Shown here: piece by piece, positions 38,841-50,169 of the stretch
How positions within the stretch are numbered: position 1 is the stretch's first letter
Layout of the letters: the number at the start of each line of letters is the position of its first letter
DNA from: Pavona decussata
Taxonomy: Eukaryota
Length of the DNA stretch: 64,000 nucleotides
Reading direction: 5' to 3'
Assembly: GCA_977016875.1 (NCBI GenBank)
Contig: CDRNST010000175.1
Location: 868,001 to 932,000, forward strand
Made by a program: the position numbers and the translations under genes
The notes under the pieces: model-generated
Seen by the model: the letters and a program-made list of their open reading frames with translations, nothing else
Databases searched by the model: none
What the model was told of the DNA's origin: nothing

Positions 38841-39927
38841 CCCATTACGCACTGTGCCAGCCAAAACCAGCCGTGATTTTGTGCACAATCGCGCACACTT
38901 CGCGTTTGGAGCCTACCTACCCTAGAAGGTTTTTTGTCCCCTATTGTTCTTATTGTCTTCAGAAAGGACTGACCAATCTGCACATATATTTTTAGGTCTT
39001 AGGGGGACCTAGACAAAAGAGCTTTTTGTCTATCGAAAGCCGTGTCTTATTTCAATTTTTTTTGCCCCGTGGGCAGTGCGGCTAAATTGTTAGTTGCAGA
39101 TTCTCGCATTTTCCGAAGGAAAACACACCTTGTTGAAATGGTAAATCGAAAGAACTACTAAGGAATACTCAACAGTTTTGAAAGCGGAAATCTGAGAAAT
39201 AACAGCGAAGAAATTGTGCTTGGAGTACTAATTGTTGTTTTATCCAGGCAACAAGCGAGCAGATAGCTCAAATCATTATTTAGGCCGCGGACTTTCTGCA
39301 AAATTTTCGAGTACCTCTGGGAATTCAACAGCCAAAAAGTTACAGGTTTGATTTTGAATTTGTACTGAAATACCATTCTAATTGACCGATTTTTTGTACT
39401 CTGAACAGTTTTTGCGAAATATTTGAAAAATGTGCCCCACATGGGTCAATAAATTCGCTTAGAAATGAACTTGTAGTTTCTTCAAATCGCTTGCGCGTCT
39501 CTCGTGTTGCAGTTATAATTATACGCGTTTTTTGCTAAGGCGTAAACAGACTTTTCTAAATAAATCTTTCATTAGGAATGCTTTCTGTGTGTTTTTGTTT
39601 CTAATTACATTGAGAAAACCTGACAACTGTGTAATCTTGCGTAAACAAACACATGGTCTCGAGACGGGTCAAATTTCACCCATGTGATGCACGGATCAAA
39701 TTTCATCGAAATTTTTACCTTCAAGTTTGTTTTTTGGAAAAATTTAAATTGGCAACTAGTGTATTTAATTCCATAATTAGTAATTTTAACTATCGTAGAC
39801 CAAAGGGGTGTTGTTTTCTTTTGCCCTGTAAGTTATGTATTTTTACTGCACATGGGGTAGGAAATAACCACTTTGCCAATTTTGCTGAATTTTGGAAAAC
39901 CTCTGGAAACGGCTGGTGCATAATGGG
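38841..39927. mobile_element. Non-autonomous piggyBac-like element
   Basis: TTAA|CCCATTACGCAC ... GTGCATAATGGG|TTAA. Confidence 0.85.
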
Positions 39928-40562
39928 TTAATGAAATTTTTTTCGTGAAAAAGCTAAAAGATTGATTTGTATTCCTTAAAGAAAGCGTTTTAGGAGCTGT
40001 GAAAAGAGTTCTAAGCAAACCAGCATTTGATGTTGAGTGCTTTGTTTGTTATGAAAGAAGACAGTCAACCGTAAGTTTATGTTTCTAAAATACTTGCTCC
40101 TAGTGAAGAGATGCCGGAAAATCAACCCAAAAAAAGGAAGAAAATAGAAAAAAGAAAAGATGAAACTCAACATGGAAGTCGCATTCTGATTTTACTTAAT
40201 GCAGCATTGACAAATTACATTTAGCTCTTTGGCCTGTAATAAAGAATTACTTTTAAGCTTTTTTACAACATATGATGATACTAAGAGTCAGAGAAATGGA
40301 CCTGCTCCCCGTTTTCAGTATTGCATCATCTTTAAAGCACAGAAATTGAAAAATGCCCACAGTTATTGGTAAAAGAAAATTTCAAGCTGTTGTGAGCACT
40401 TGCATGCGAAGAAACGCAAAACTTTAATATTAAATCAGTGATGCACTGCTATTCTTTTTCAGCTGTAGTTGATTGCATCAGATGTGGTACGGCATCATCC
40501 CTGTATAATTTAACATTTTTGATCACAGGCAAAATTTATCATAAATTACATGTGGTGAATAC

Positions 40563-40845
40563 AAAAAAAAAAAAAATTAAATTTTAATACTTATATAGCG
40601 CCCTTTAACATCTAAATGATCAAAGGCGCTTTACAATCCAAGAAAGCTAATTACAAATCAAATCAAATCAAATCAAATCTTGGTTTTTGAGGAGAGGGGA
40701 AAACCGGAGTACCCGGAGAAAAACCTCTCGGAGCAGAGTAGAGAACCAACAAACTCAGCCCACTTATGACGCCGAGTCCGGGAATCGAACCCGGGCCACA
40801 TAGGTGGAAGGCGAGTGCTCAAACACTGCGCCAACCCTGCTCCCC
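40563..40845 (-). mobile_element. tRNA-derived SINE with V-domain-like core and L2-like tail
   Basis: A box TGGCGCAGTG, B box GGTTCGATTCC, core TTCTCCGGGTACTCCGGTTTTCCCC, (ATTTG)n, tail gtaaagcgcc...gggcgctatataa. Confidence 0.85.
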
Positions 40846-41049
40846 ACTCACTGTATTCTCCAGCCAAATGTTTATATTTTATTGCCATTTAGTGAGAAAT
40901 GCTATTTTAATCATTACAAGGACTTAAAGTAGCAAAACATCAGATCATTTTTTGGTCAAAGCAAACAGATTTTCATTGACCAGAAGCCTTGCTGCTTGGA
41001 AATGGAGCAGTAATTATACATATCCTTCAATAACTTGTTTTCTGTAAGC

Positions 41050-41325
41050 ATGGTGACCTCATGATTAGCGCGCTTGTCTCCGGATCAGGTGGTCTGCTGG
41101 CCTTAGCCAGGGCCACTGTTTTATGTTCTTGGAAAGACATTTTACTCTCACAGTGCCTATCTCCACCCAGGTGTATCAACAGGTTTTGAGGTTTTTAATG
41201 CTGAGGCGTAACCCTGAAGTGGACTAGCATCCCGTCCAGGGGGGTGACTATAAATAATTGCATTTTTTTCAGGCTACTGAAACTGGAGGTAGACTGCAGC
41301 TTGGTGGACCACTTGGCTCATATCT
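41050..41325 (+). mobile_element. Older tRNA-derived SINE (CORE/Meta-like central domain)
   Basis: Decayed tRNA head, then ttcttggaaagacattttactctcacagtgcctatctccacccaggtgtat and ggactagcatcccgtccagggggg. Confidence 0.6.
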
Positions 41326-41798
41326 TTACAACTGATAATAATTTTTAATTTCCACTGGCATTTAATATTAATGTCCATAATCCATCAAATATTTTCGCTT
41401 GCACATGGTTGAGCTAAGTAATGCAGTAACCAAATATTCCAAAATTCTGGAATATCCAAACCGTGCATGTTGTGAAAAATATTTGAAGGATAATAAACAC
41501 ACTAGCCTGCATCTGATGCAATTATATGCTCAGATATTTTTCCTTGGACATTATCTGTTCCCCGAAGCTTAAAGTTTTCCTCGAGCTACACTCTTGGAAA
41601 CTTTTTCACTTACTGGAATACAATGTCCGTCGAGAAATATCCGAGCATATTTCCACACCAAATGGAGACAGTTGCTTGGATCTTTTTAGCTATTACCACA
41701 GACATTTGAACCACATTGACAAAAGTATGTTGCTACTTCCAGCGCTGTGAATAATATATGAAAATTTAAAGTGCTAAGTATTTCTGTAAGTTGTAACT

Positions 41799-43160
41799 CT
41801 AGTTTCTGTTTGAAAGTTCTTGTTTATGTTTGTCAAGCCACTGATGAAATTCAACAATGTTTAAGTACCTGAGGGGGCATCTTTTGATGTCAGCAAAGCT
41901 GTTATTGCATCTTTCAGGCACTCTTTGGAAAGGATCCAATTGTACAAAATCTTCAACCATCTCCTTTTCATCTTTGAGAGAATCCCGAGTGGTATGTTGG
42001 ACAGAAGACTGGTGAACACTAACAGAGGTATCAAATTGTTCCGTAACCTCCTTGATGCCTTTTGTTGCCTTGCAGACCTTGCTTATTGACTGGAATGTTT
42101 TGTTGGGACCCATTCTCTGGACAGCAGACTTGCTTAGTCGATTAAAGATTTCCTGTGCCATGTCATCTTCCATGTTGTTTCCAGCACCACCCCTCCAGCT
42201 GACAGAGAAACCCCATTTAAATTCCTCTGACACGCGTGGGGTTAACATGCATTTTATTTGAGCAATGCGTATAAACATCTCAAGGGCATACTTGCTGTAA
42301 GCACCGATTGATTTAAAAACTGACAACAGCAGCTTCTGATTTATGAGGTTTCTTTCACCATCTGCCTCTGCTGCAGTGTCTTTAAGTTGCAAAATAAGGA
42401 TGGTGAGGAAGATGTAACACATGGCATAATTTGAGACATAATCCTCCTTTCCATTTGCAGTGACATTTCTTTGCAGAAGATACTCATCCATGAATTTTTC
42501 AAAAACACTGTCAAAATATCTTTTCTTGTCTTCGTCTGTTTGATGGGCAATGTTTGAAGGGAACTTGTAAAGGGAGGGAACATCCTCTGGACTTGCCATT
42601 CCAAAGAAAGTAAGAGCTGCAGTGACAATGTATGCTCGACCAACACTGAGAAATAGTTCCTTACTTCTTTCAAAGGAATCCAGTACTTTGGCTGGGGTGG
42701 CATTCCGGCGATTAAATTTTTCTCTAATTTTAGAGTTCCAATTTGGTTGACTGATTCTGCCTTGTACAGGAATGAATAAGAGTACTGCAGCAATGATGCT
42801 TTTGTGTGCCACATGACTGGTTTGAATGGGGAACAATGCTCAAAACGATCTGATGGAGTGTGGGAGCTTGAGAGGAAATCTTTCGCACCAGCAAATCTAA
42901 CTCTGGTCAACTGGTCATCAGCAAAAATTATCTTCATTTCCCTCATAGGATCAGCAGGGGTATCCTCCTTGTGAGCATTTTGTTTGGCCAGGTGCTGCTA
43001 ATCCCTCTGGTACTTCAGGGTTGTCAACATGTGGTACTTCATCTGCTTTGACCTAAATCTCTGAAATCCACTGCTCGTATGATCTCAAAATGCTGACACA
43101 ATCTTTATATTTAGCTTCATTGGCATTAAGAAGAGGTAAGCTCACAATTCTGCTGTTGCA
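41799..43160 (-). pseudogene. Academ transposase C-terminal half (DUF6589-like), frameshifted
   Basis: [19 protein letters not shown] (GDQLT motif), [39 protein letters not shown]. ORFs 42341-42946 and 41799-42836 join by a frameshift near 42730. Confidence 0.75.
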
Positions 43161-43189
43161 AACTAAATAACAGCAGAATACAGTTTATG

Positions 43190-43442
43190 AAGTAGAATCC
43201 ATATGAAAATTAGCCATGTGGAAATTTTCGTGTTGAGCCAATGACGTCACATCCTGTAATTTGAGCCTTAACTTCCGGAACAAGGCCAAGTAATGGCGGC
43301 TGTGAAAATCTCGAATAAAAAGCTAAAAAAAAATACTTCCAATCGCCGTAAAGGATTGAAATTTGGTAACATGAGTAAGAAAGTAATATTCTACACGAAA
43401 ATGCAAAAGGATGGAAAATGAAATTTTCGTCCCAGGGGCACT
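43190..43442. mobile_element. Kolobok-like terminal fragment
   Basis: Ends ...aaattttcgtcccaggggcact|TTAA, a similar layout to the 20340 terminus. Confidence 0.45.
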
Positions 43443-43656
43443 TTAACAGTATGCTAAATTTAGTATTATGTTAAATCGTATTTTATAGTTGGGGGGGGGG
43501 GGGGGGGCATTGAAATAATTCCCCAATAGAATAGGGGGTCCTAAATTTTTTTTGGCTTTATTGAGGGGGGTCTTGATAAAAAAAGGAGTTTTTTGGAATT
43601 TTTCACCCAGTCCCCACCCCCCCTCCGATAAATAATGAACAGTCCCTTATACCCCA

Positions 43657-43736
43657 GATCAGAGGTATGGATGTTATACCATTAACCTGAGGTATGGATG
43701 TTATACCACCGATCTGAAGTATGGATGTTATACCCG
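43657..43736. repeat. 27-bp minisatellite x 3
   Basis: ga(g/a)gtatggatgttatacc at 43662, 43689 and 43716. Confidence 0.9.
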
Positions 43737-44451
43737 CATATAGAAGGAGCTAATTTTCCTAACCAATAAAAAGCCATCTATATCCAAGTATTTTTTACTG
43801 AATTTAACGATACAAAAGTTAACAAAGTTCATTTATAATTTGTTACTAAAGTTTCTATGATAAATATCAATAGCATTTAATTTCCATAATTATACCCGCA
43901 ATAACTGCAGTTCTGGAATAAATTATTGCACTCGCTTATTTAATTTCTTGAGCAAATGTATTTCTAAAATAATGCACTTGTAATTTTTCATTTTTCGAAA
44001 CTTAGCTATACAAGAGATGACACAAAGAAATTACTTCAATCGATCATATATGGCTCGATTACTCAGACAAACTCAAACACCCTGTGTCAGTAGATGAAAC
44101 TATTCAGTAGAAAGTACTGGGAAAGCGATCTACATCCCATCGCTGTAACCGTGTAGTTGCCAGGTAAAAATGAAATAAGAAAAAGGCCAAATATGAAGTA
44201 GTTAGCTGACAATGATCATAACTTACAGTAATTTTTTCTTCCAAGGTCTAGATATAGTAGTCACACGCACTTACACTAGCAACCTAAACCAAGGTCAGGC
44301 TGGGTTGCCGCAATTGTCCCCTTAGCTAAATAATTTTTTTTTCTGCAATAAAAAGCTGATATAATGCCAGGCAAGTCTTACATTTAATTATTGAAAAGCA
44401 ATGTCAGCATGTTTTTCTTTAGAAAAGAAATCTATTTGTGTGCAAATTGAG

Positions 44452-46567
44452 TCATTCTTTAATTGTGCCACCCGTGCTTTCAGTGTCGACTTCATCTTTG
44501 TATGCTCGTATTTTCCGCAGAACCCTGTCTCTAAACAGAGTCTTTTCCTCTGTGTATATGCAATGCCTCCCCAGGCTAACTACAGCCTTTACTGCTGAGC
44601 CTATAGAAAAATATACAAAATTGGTTAAGTGAAATATATGATAAAAGGTCCTATAAATGGAATGTATGACAAAGGTGATTCACTTTGATTATAGTATATT
44701 TATTTTCAAAAGCAAAAAACGAGCTCATATTTGGCCTAAAGTGAAAGCTCAAGCTCTGAGCTCTCATTTCAGTTCACAACTTTCAAGAAAACACTTCAAA
44801 TGTAATTTAAAACGTATCCTTAATATACGGTTTATCATACTGTATCAACTGTATTCAGTTTTGTTTGTGTCAAATATTATGGCCGCAATTTATGTTGAAA
44901 CCACCCGACTTCCACGCACATTTTTTTCACGTTTGCACGATACTGTTTGCGAATGAATAGCTTGACAGAAACTTTACTCAATTTTACCACTGTCGCACAA
45001 TTTGAATATATAAGCGTAACATTTTAACTGGCTTTCCGTGCTTAAATTCAGTGATTGACAGGCGAAGTATGAATGGTTTAAGTAAACACCAAGTTTAACA
45101 TGCTCTACTTGCAAACTGTTCATACATCGCCTCTCATTTTATTTATGAAGATGAAACTGGACAATGTTTTGTACGTAACAATAGCACAACAATAGAAATA
45201 CGCTTGATTGTGAGTAATATTAATTTTAGGCAGATCAAAAACATCCTCAACAACGTGTAACAAATTAATTTTTCAGACCTCGTTAAAGCAGCGTCATTTA
45301 CAGTGACAAAACAAAAACTGATGAACGGGTTATCCCTGAAACTCTGTTTGTTTTTCCAGTCTTGAGCACTTAATTGAGTGCTATGCAGCAATTGGTATAT
45401 TCAATTAACCATTATCTTTAAGAGCGATTTCCAATTGTGTCGTATATCCAAAACTAAAGTAAATATTTTGGCCAATCACAGTAGACACTGGAAAGCAATC
45501 AACCGATCATAACTCAATGCAAATACATGTAACCCGTGCCAAGAGTGGAAAAACAAGAAAAGGTGTGCAATTGAGCCACGAATGGTGTTGGTTTTACCTA
45601 GTTCTAATGGGTTGATAAGTATCACTGAAGGAAGTAATGCAAATCTACAACTACTCTATTGACTATGCTATTGGTGAATTAAGGTATATCTCACCTGTTA
45701 AGCTCTGCAGGACAATAACATAATCTGATGGTTGACTGTAATGGCGCACAATGTGTTGGAAAAGCTGCAGTGATCTTCCTTCCGGAAAGGACCACAGGTT
45801 ATGTCGGCAGTCTTCTGGCTCCCAACAACCACAAGGTCCACTGGAGGGCTTTTCCCTAAGCCAGTGCCCAAGAACCACCGATGTCACAGTCTTTGTTAAC
45901 GCGTTTGGGTCTACAAAGGACAATAAATAAATATAAACCGTTTTATTATTTAACTGTTCGAAACTGTGCTGGGAAGAGTACAAATAACACCCAAAACGTG
46001 TACAAATCTCACGATATTTGTGCTCTGCAACACTGGTTTCTCATTTCTCTATATATTTTGTCATTTCGCTACACCCAGTCTAATAAATCTCTGCTAATGA
46101 GATGGTTTGCTCTATAGTATCTCGGGATATTTTTACTCGTCTCTTGTATTTTGACTCACCCTTCGAGAATGTCAGGCCTCAATGAAAGGAACAGTCTTGT
46201 ATGATATTCACGCACTTTTAAAAATGAGACCCCGTGTGAACAAAATGAGCAAAACCAGTGAACGCAATTTTGCCATCAAAGTGAGCTGTTTACTGGGATG
46301 CAGTAGCTTAAGGATTGTATGACATGTAAACATATATAAGCCAAAATCGACTGTTATGGGTACTAAGAGTTTACCTCTGTCCTTTTTGTCCTTCTTGTAG
46401 TAAAATGCATTCTCCAGGTCGGGGCAAATCATCCTTATGTAGTGTTGTACTCGTTTTTGCTGAGCGAAGGAGCACAAAACAACGACGCTGTAACCACACA
46501 GTTTGTTTCTACAGTTGGTGGTGTTCAGAAAGGCTCCGATGGGTGCAACTTGTTGTTCAAGCCTATC
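44452..46567 (-). CDS. 3' exons of a spliced gene resembling a beta-class N4C/N6A DNA methyltransferase (degenerate SAM motif); exons 46567-46375, 45910-45695, 44600-44452
   Basis: Three exons (193, 216, 149 nt) join in frame with GT-AG sites into 185 aa with no stop: ...YSVVVLCSFAQ...AFYYKK...RHNLW...LFQHIVRHYSQPSDYVIVLQSLTG/SAVKAVVSLGRHCIYTE. Confidence 0.55.
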
Positions 46568-48512
46568 CTTTACAGGAATGAAAAAAAAGTGTCGAGCAAG
46601 TAAATTATACACTGTGAGAAACTAATTACAGACAAAATAGCCAACTGACCGCTTAATAAAGGTCAACAAGCTCAAGTTTACGGTAAGTAAAGTTGACAAT
46701 ATCAGGGGAAGTAATTTATTTTCCGGTATTTGACAATTGACCTAAATAAAGGGCGACAGCTTAACAGAAGGCCGCTTAATATAGGTTTCTCGTAAGTCTC
46801 TTTTTCACCTTACCAATTGAAATCGTAAGTTCAATGATGAAAGAGTGAGGCCAGCATTTCCTCACACTTATACGTGTCATCTCAGCGAGGTCGATTGTGA
46901 GCAACACTCTGATTGACATACTCAACGAAAATTTAATGAACCAGTAAATATTTTTACCACCGAGCCACTCTTACCTCCTGAAAAAAAGGAACTAAACTAA
47001 TATATGTCCTGGATAATCTATCCTAAATGCAACAGAGAAATGGGTTGTTATTCATTGCGGTAACCATCAGACATGTTAGAAAATCTCAGGCACTTGGTCT
47101 GGTATAGCAAGATTGACGCAGTGCCATCTTCCCCCGTCCCCTTCCCTCACAAAGACCAACAGCAGTAAGGAGAACGTTAAACATTAAAAATTAGTTGGCA
47201 ATATTTGAACTTTGTAGTTGCCAATAATTGCAGAAATAAAGTATTAATGGAAAATGGTCTGGAACTGCTCCATGTTGTGCCTTCACCCTCCTTATCCAAC
47301 AGTAAAGGTGAGCCTATGCTGAGTTTGAATTGTGGGATCGTCACTGAAAATTTTGCAGACTTTTTCATTTCTTACACATTTGTACATTGCTGTTCTTACA
47401 TGCCATCAAGAGAGTAAAACATGATATCAAAATACACAGCTCTCAGTACTTGCCTACCGTTGTTACATAGTTGACAACATGTCATACTACCATGTTTAGC
47501 ATGAAGTTGAACTTCTTAAGAGCTCGCTTCCATAGTTAAAGTCTTTGTGAAAGGCAGAGATGTTTCTTAAATTTTACATTCAGAGATAGAACTGTTAGTT
47601 AATAGATACTTTCTTTAGATTGCAAATGTAATCAATATGTGAACTTAGGAGTATGCTAAGGAAAGCATAGGTACAAAAACAAGTAATACACAACGATGCA
47701 ATAGGAAATGAAATAACCTTCATTTTAGGGGAAAGCTACTTGCAAACACAGAGATAAGAAATGCACTGGTCACAAAAAATTGCTGTGCCTCTGGCTCTTT
47801 CTCAAACTTGAATGATATTCCCCTTAGGTAAAAGGTCAAAACAACTGCCTCAAGTCATGACCCAGCTTTTTTTCAATGATAAAGTTGGTACTGCTGTTTA
47901 CCTCCTCCTAAACAATGGTATACGCCACCTTGTGATGCCCTGCCTTATTTTATGAGGACCCAGTTTTGGGGCATAATTTCGATACCCTCTCACCCCTTTC
48001 TCACCGATTCCAGAAGCCCGTCTCCTCTTACTAAGGGATGACAACTTCACTCAAGCAACCCTTACTATAAATGGATGACAGCTACAGTAATTACGCTCCC
48101 CCACCCTCTGTAATAAATGTGCGTCTATAGAAACTCAACAATTTATGGACATCAACACACATGAATGAGATTAATATTATGGAGAGCTCACATTGTCTCT
48201 CCATCTTATATCAGACCAGCAGGATGCAAATTTATGATTTAAAGTAGTCATTAAGAATTTCCAAGATACTTCTCTCTATGAATGCTAAAGTCTTAATATT
48301 TTTACTCATTTGACCCAGGGTCACGTGAACAGACGCGAAGAAACTTAATCTGTTTATGTGTCAATTTTTATTGTTTCTTGTGCATGGCAAATGTCGTTTT
48401 TCCCTGTATTTCATTCTGACTACAAAAAATTCAATTCTATCTGGTGGCTACTTATTGCGTCACTATATCTCTGTATCTATCGATTTTGGGGAAGTAACGA
48501 TGCTGGAGGTTA

Positions 48513-49420
48513 TCACTGCCAAAAGGTTGTAAGCTTACGTACCACGCAGTCAAATATGGCGCGAGTATAAGCTGAAAACAGCTTCTTGTTATCTATCAGA
48601 TCTTTTGTTAGGGCAAGGAGATCACGCGCCTGTTCCTCCATGAACTTTCTCCATAACCTTGATGAATCAGCAGATACAGATCCCGAAGTATGAGCTATGG
48701 ATGGGTCAGTTGTTGGTGCTGATGCAAATGTCTCTTCTTGAGGTGGAGAATCATTATCTTCCACGTGTTGGTCTCCTATCCTCCGGAGCTTTAAGGCCAT
48801 TGCCTTCACGGAACGATCTTGTGGAAAGTTTGTTGTTGACAACTTTTCCTTTACTTTATACCCCTCAATAGCTCCTGTCTCGAGGTCTTCTTTGCAGAGT
48901 TGTTTCAGCTTTTCCGTTTCCCTTGCTGTCTAAGGTTTAGGTGTTGTTTTGTCTCCCTTTGCCGCTTGACCCTCTTGAATGCTGGCAGTTTTCAGGGAAA
49001 CAAGTTTGCTGACTGCTCTACGACCTAGATCATCCTCTCTAACCTTATCATGAACACAGTAATACTTGGCTTGTGGTTGGGTTTTGTGCTGTGCTAGGGC
49101 AGCAAGATGATCTTTTTCATCCGGAGGGCCATGGGGAAGTGCATTCCTGTTGCAAGAGACTTCCTTATTGTAGTTGCGCATATTCTTCCTCCTGTCTCAA
49201 TGCCTTCTCTCTGGAATGTTCTCCACAGAGATGTTGATACCTGCAAAGGCGTCAGTGACACTCCATTACTTGAAACAAATAGTTGCTCAACCTGTGGGGC
49301 AATTGCAGTGAACTGGCTTCGTACAGTTCTTAGGTATATGTCTATCAATTTGTATAAATCAACGTACACCCAGACAACTGCAGTGCCATATTTGTCGGCT
49401 GTTTTGTGTTTACCCTTTTA
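48513..49420 (-). pseudogene. Tyrosine recombinase C-terminal half plus helical tail, inactive
   Basis: HKTADKYG, LFVSSNG, ICATTIRKS, LAALAQHK..QAKYY (catalytic K, R, H, Y pattern). Frameshift near 49135; TAG at 48930 is in frame with ORF 48513-48842. Confidence 0.75.
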
Positions 49421-49422
49421 AA

Positions 49423-49625
49423 CTGAGCATGCATCATTCATACATGATTTATGCATGGATGAATCATGCACGAATCATGTATGCAAATTAGCACTTTTGC
49501 ATGCATGCATGCATGATTGCATGGCAGCATGCATGAAAAAGATGACATGCATGCAAGTTCTGGTTAAACTGACTGGCATGCATGCAAAGATTTCATGTAT
49601 GCAAGATTGTCATGCATACATTCAC
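49423..49625. repeat. CATG/ATGC-rich palindromic repeat block, probably the subterminal region of an EnSpm-like element truncating the recombinase
   Basis: Dense catgcatg motifs begin exactly where the recombinase similarity ends. Confidence 0.5.
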
Positions 49626-49781
49626 CACCTCTTCAATTCTGCTCTTTTGAAGCGTATTTGAATTAGATAACATACATTGCTTTAAGAATTAGTCATATTT
49701 CTAGTCAGTCTAAATTACTTTCTGTAGCTGAAAAGTAGTCAGGTGGAAAAGAGGACTTAGGATTTTACAAATGATTAATTT

Positions 49782-50165
49782 AAAATTGTTTTATTGTTTG
49801 AAACCTCTTACAACTAAAATTATGTGGACAAGAAAATTAGTTGTTGTGTAAAAGGGGTAATAGGAACCTGAACTGAATTAAACAGTATTAAAAACATTAT
49901 AATTAAAAAAATACTGAACTTTGCCTAAGTTTTGAGATAAAAAAATTTCCTCTTCTGAATTTAGAATAAAATTGTTTGATTGTTTGAAACCTCTTACAAC
50001 TTTATGTGGACAAGAAAATTCATATTTACATGGTGGTTTAAATCCTGTTGTAAAAGGGGCTAAAGCAACCTGAACTAAATGAAATAGTAGTAAAAACATT
50101 GTAAAGAAAAATAGTGAACTTTGCGTAAGTTTTGAAATAAAAACATTTCCTCTAATGAATTTAGA
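49782..50165. repeat. Tandem duplication, about 190 bp x 2
   Basis: ttgtttgaaacctcttacaact, tatgtggacaagaaaatt and gaactttgc.taagttttga each occur twice. Confidence 0.85.
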
Positions 50166-50169
50166 GTTT

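Noticed and set aside
40770-40845. tRNA gene
   Set aside because: A and B boxes run directly into a SINE core and LINE-like tail. The overlapping ORF 40673-40888 is spurious.
43657-43736. CRISPR-like repeat with variable linkers
   Set aside because: Only three copies, 8-bp linkers, no cas genes and a eukaryotic context; it is a minisatellite.
44452-46567. Bacterial contamination or a restriction-modification operon
   Set aside because: The gene has spliceosomal introns, is surrounded by animal TEs, and has no partner nuclease.
48513-48842. BH3-like motif LRRIGD suggesting a BH3-only apoptosis protein
   Set aside because: The ORF is the in-frame continuation of the tyrosine recombinase past a single TAG at 48930 (probably TGG originally) and lacks an ATG start; the motif is likely coincidental.
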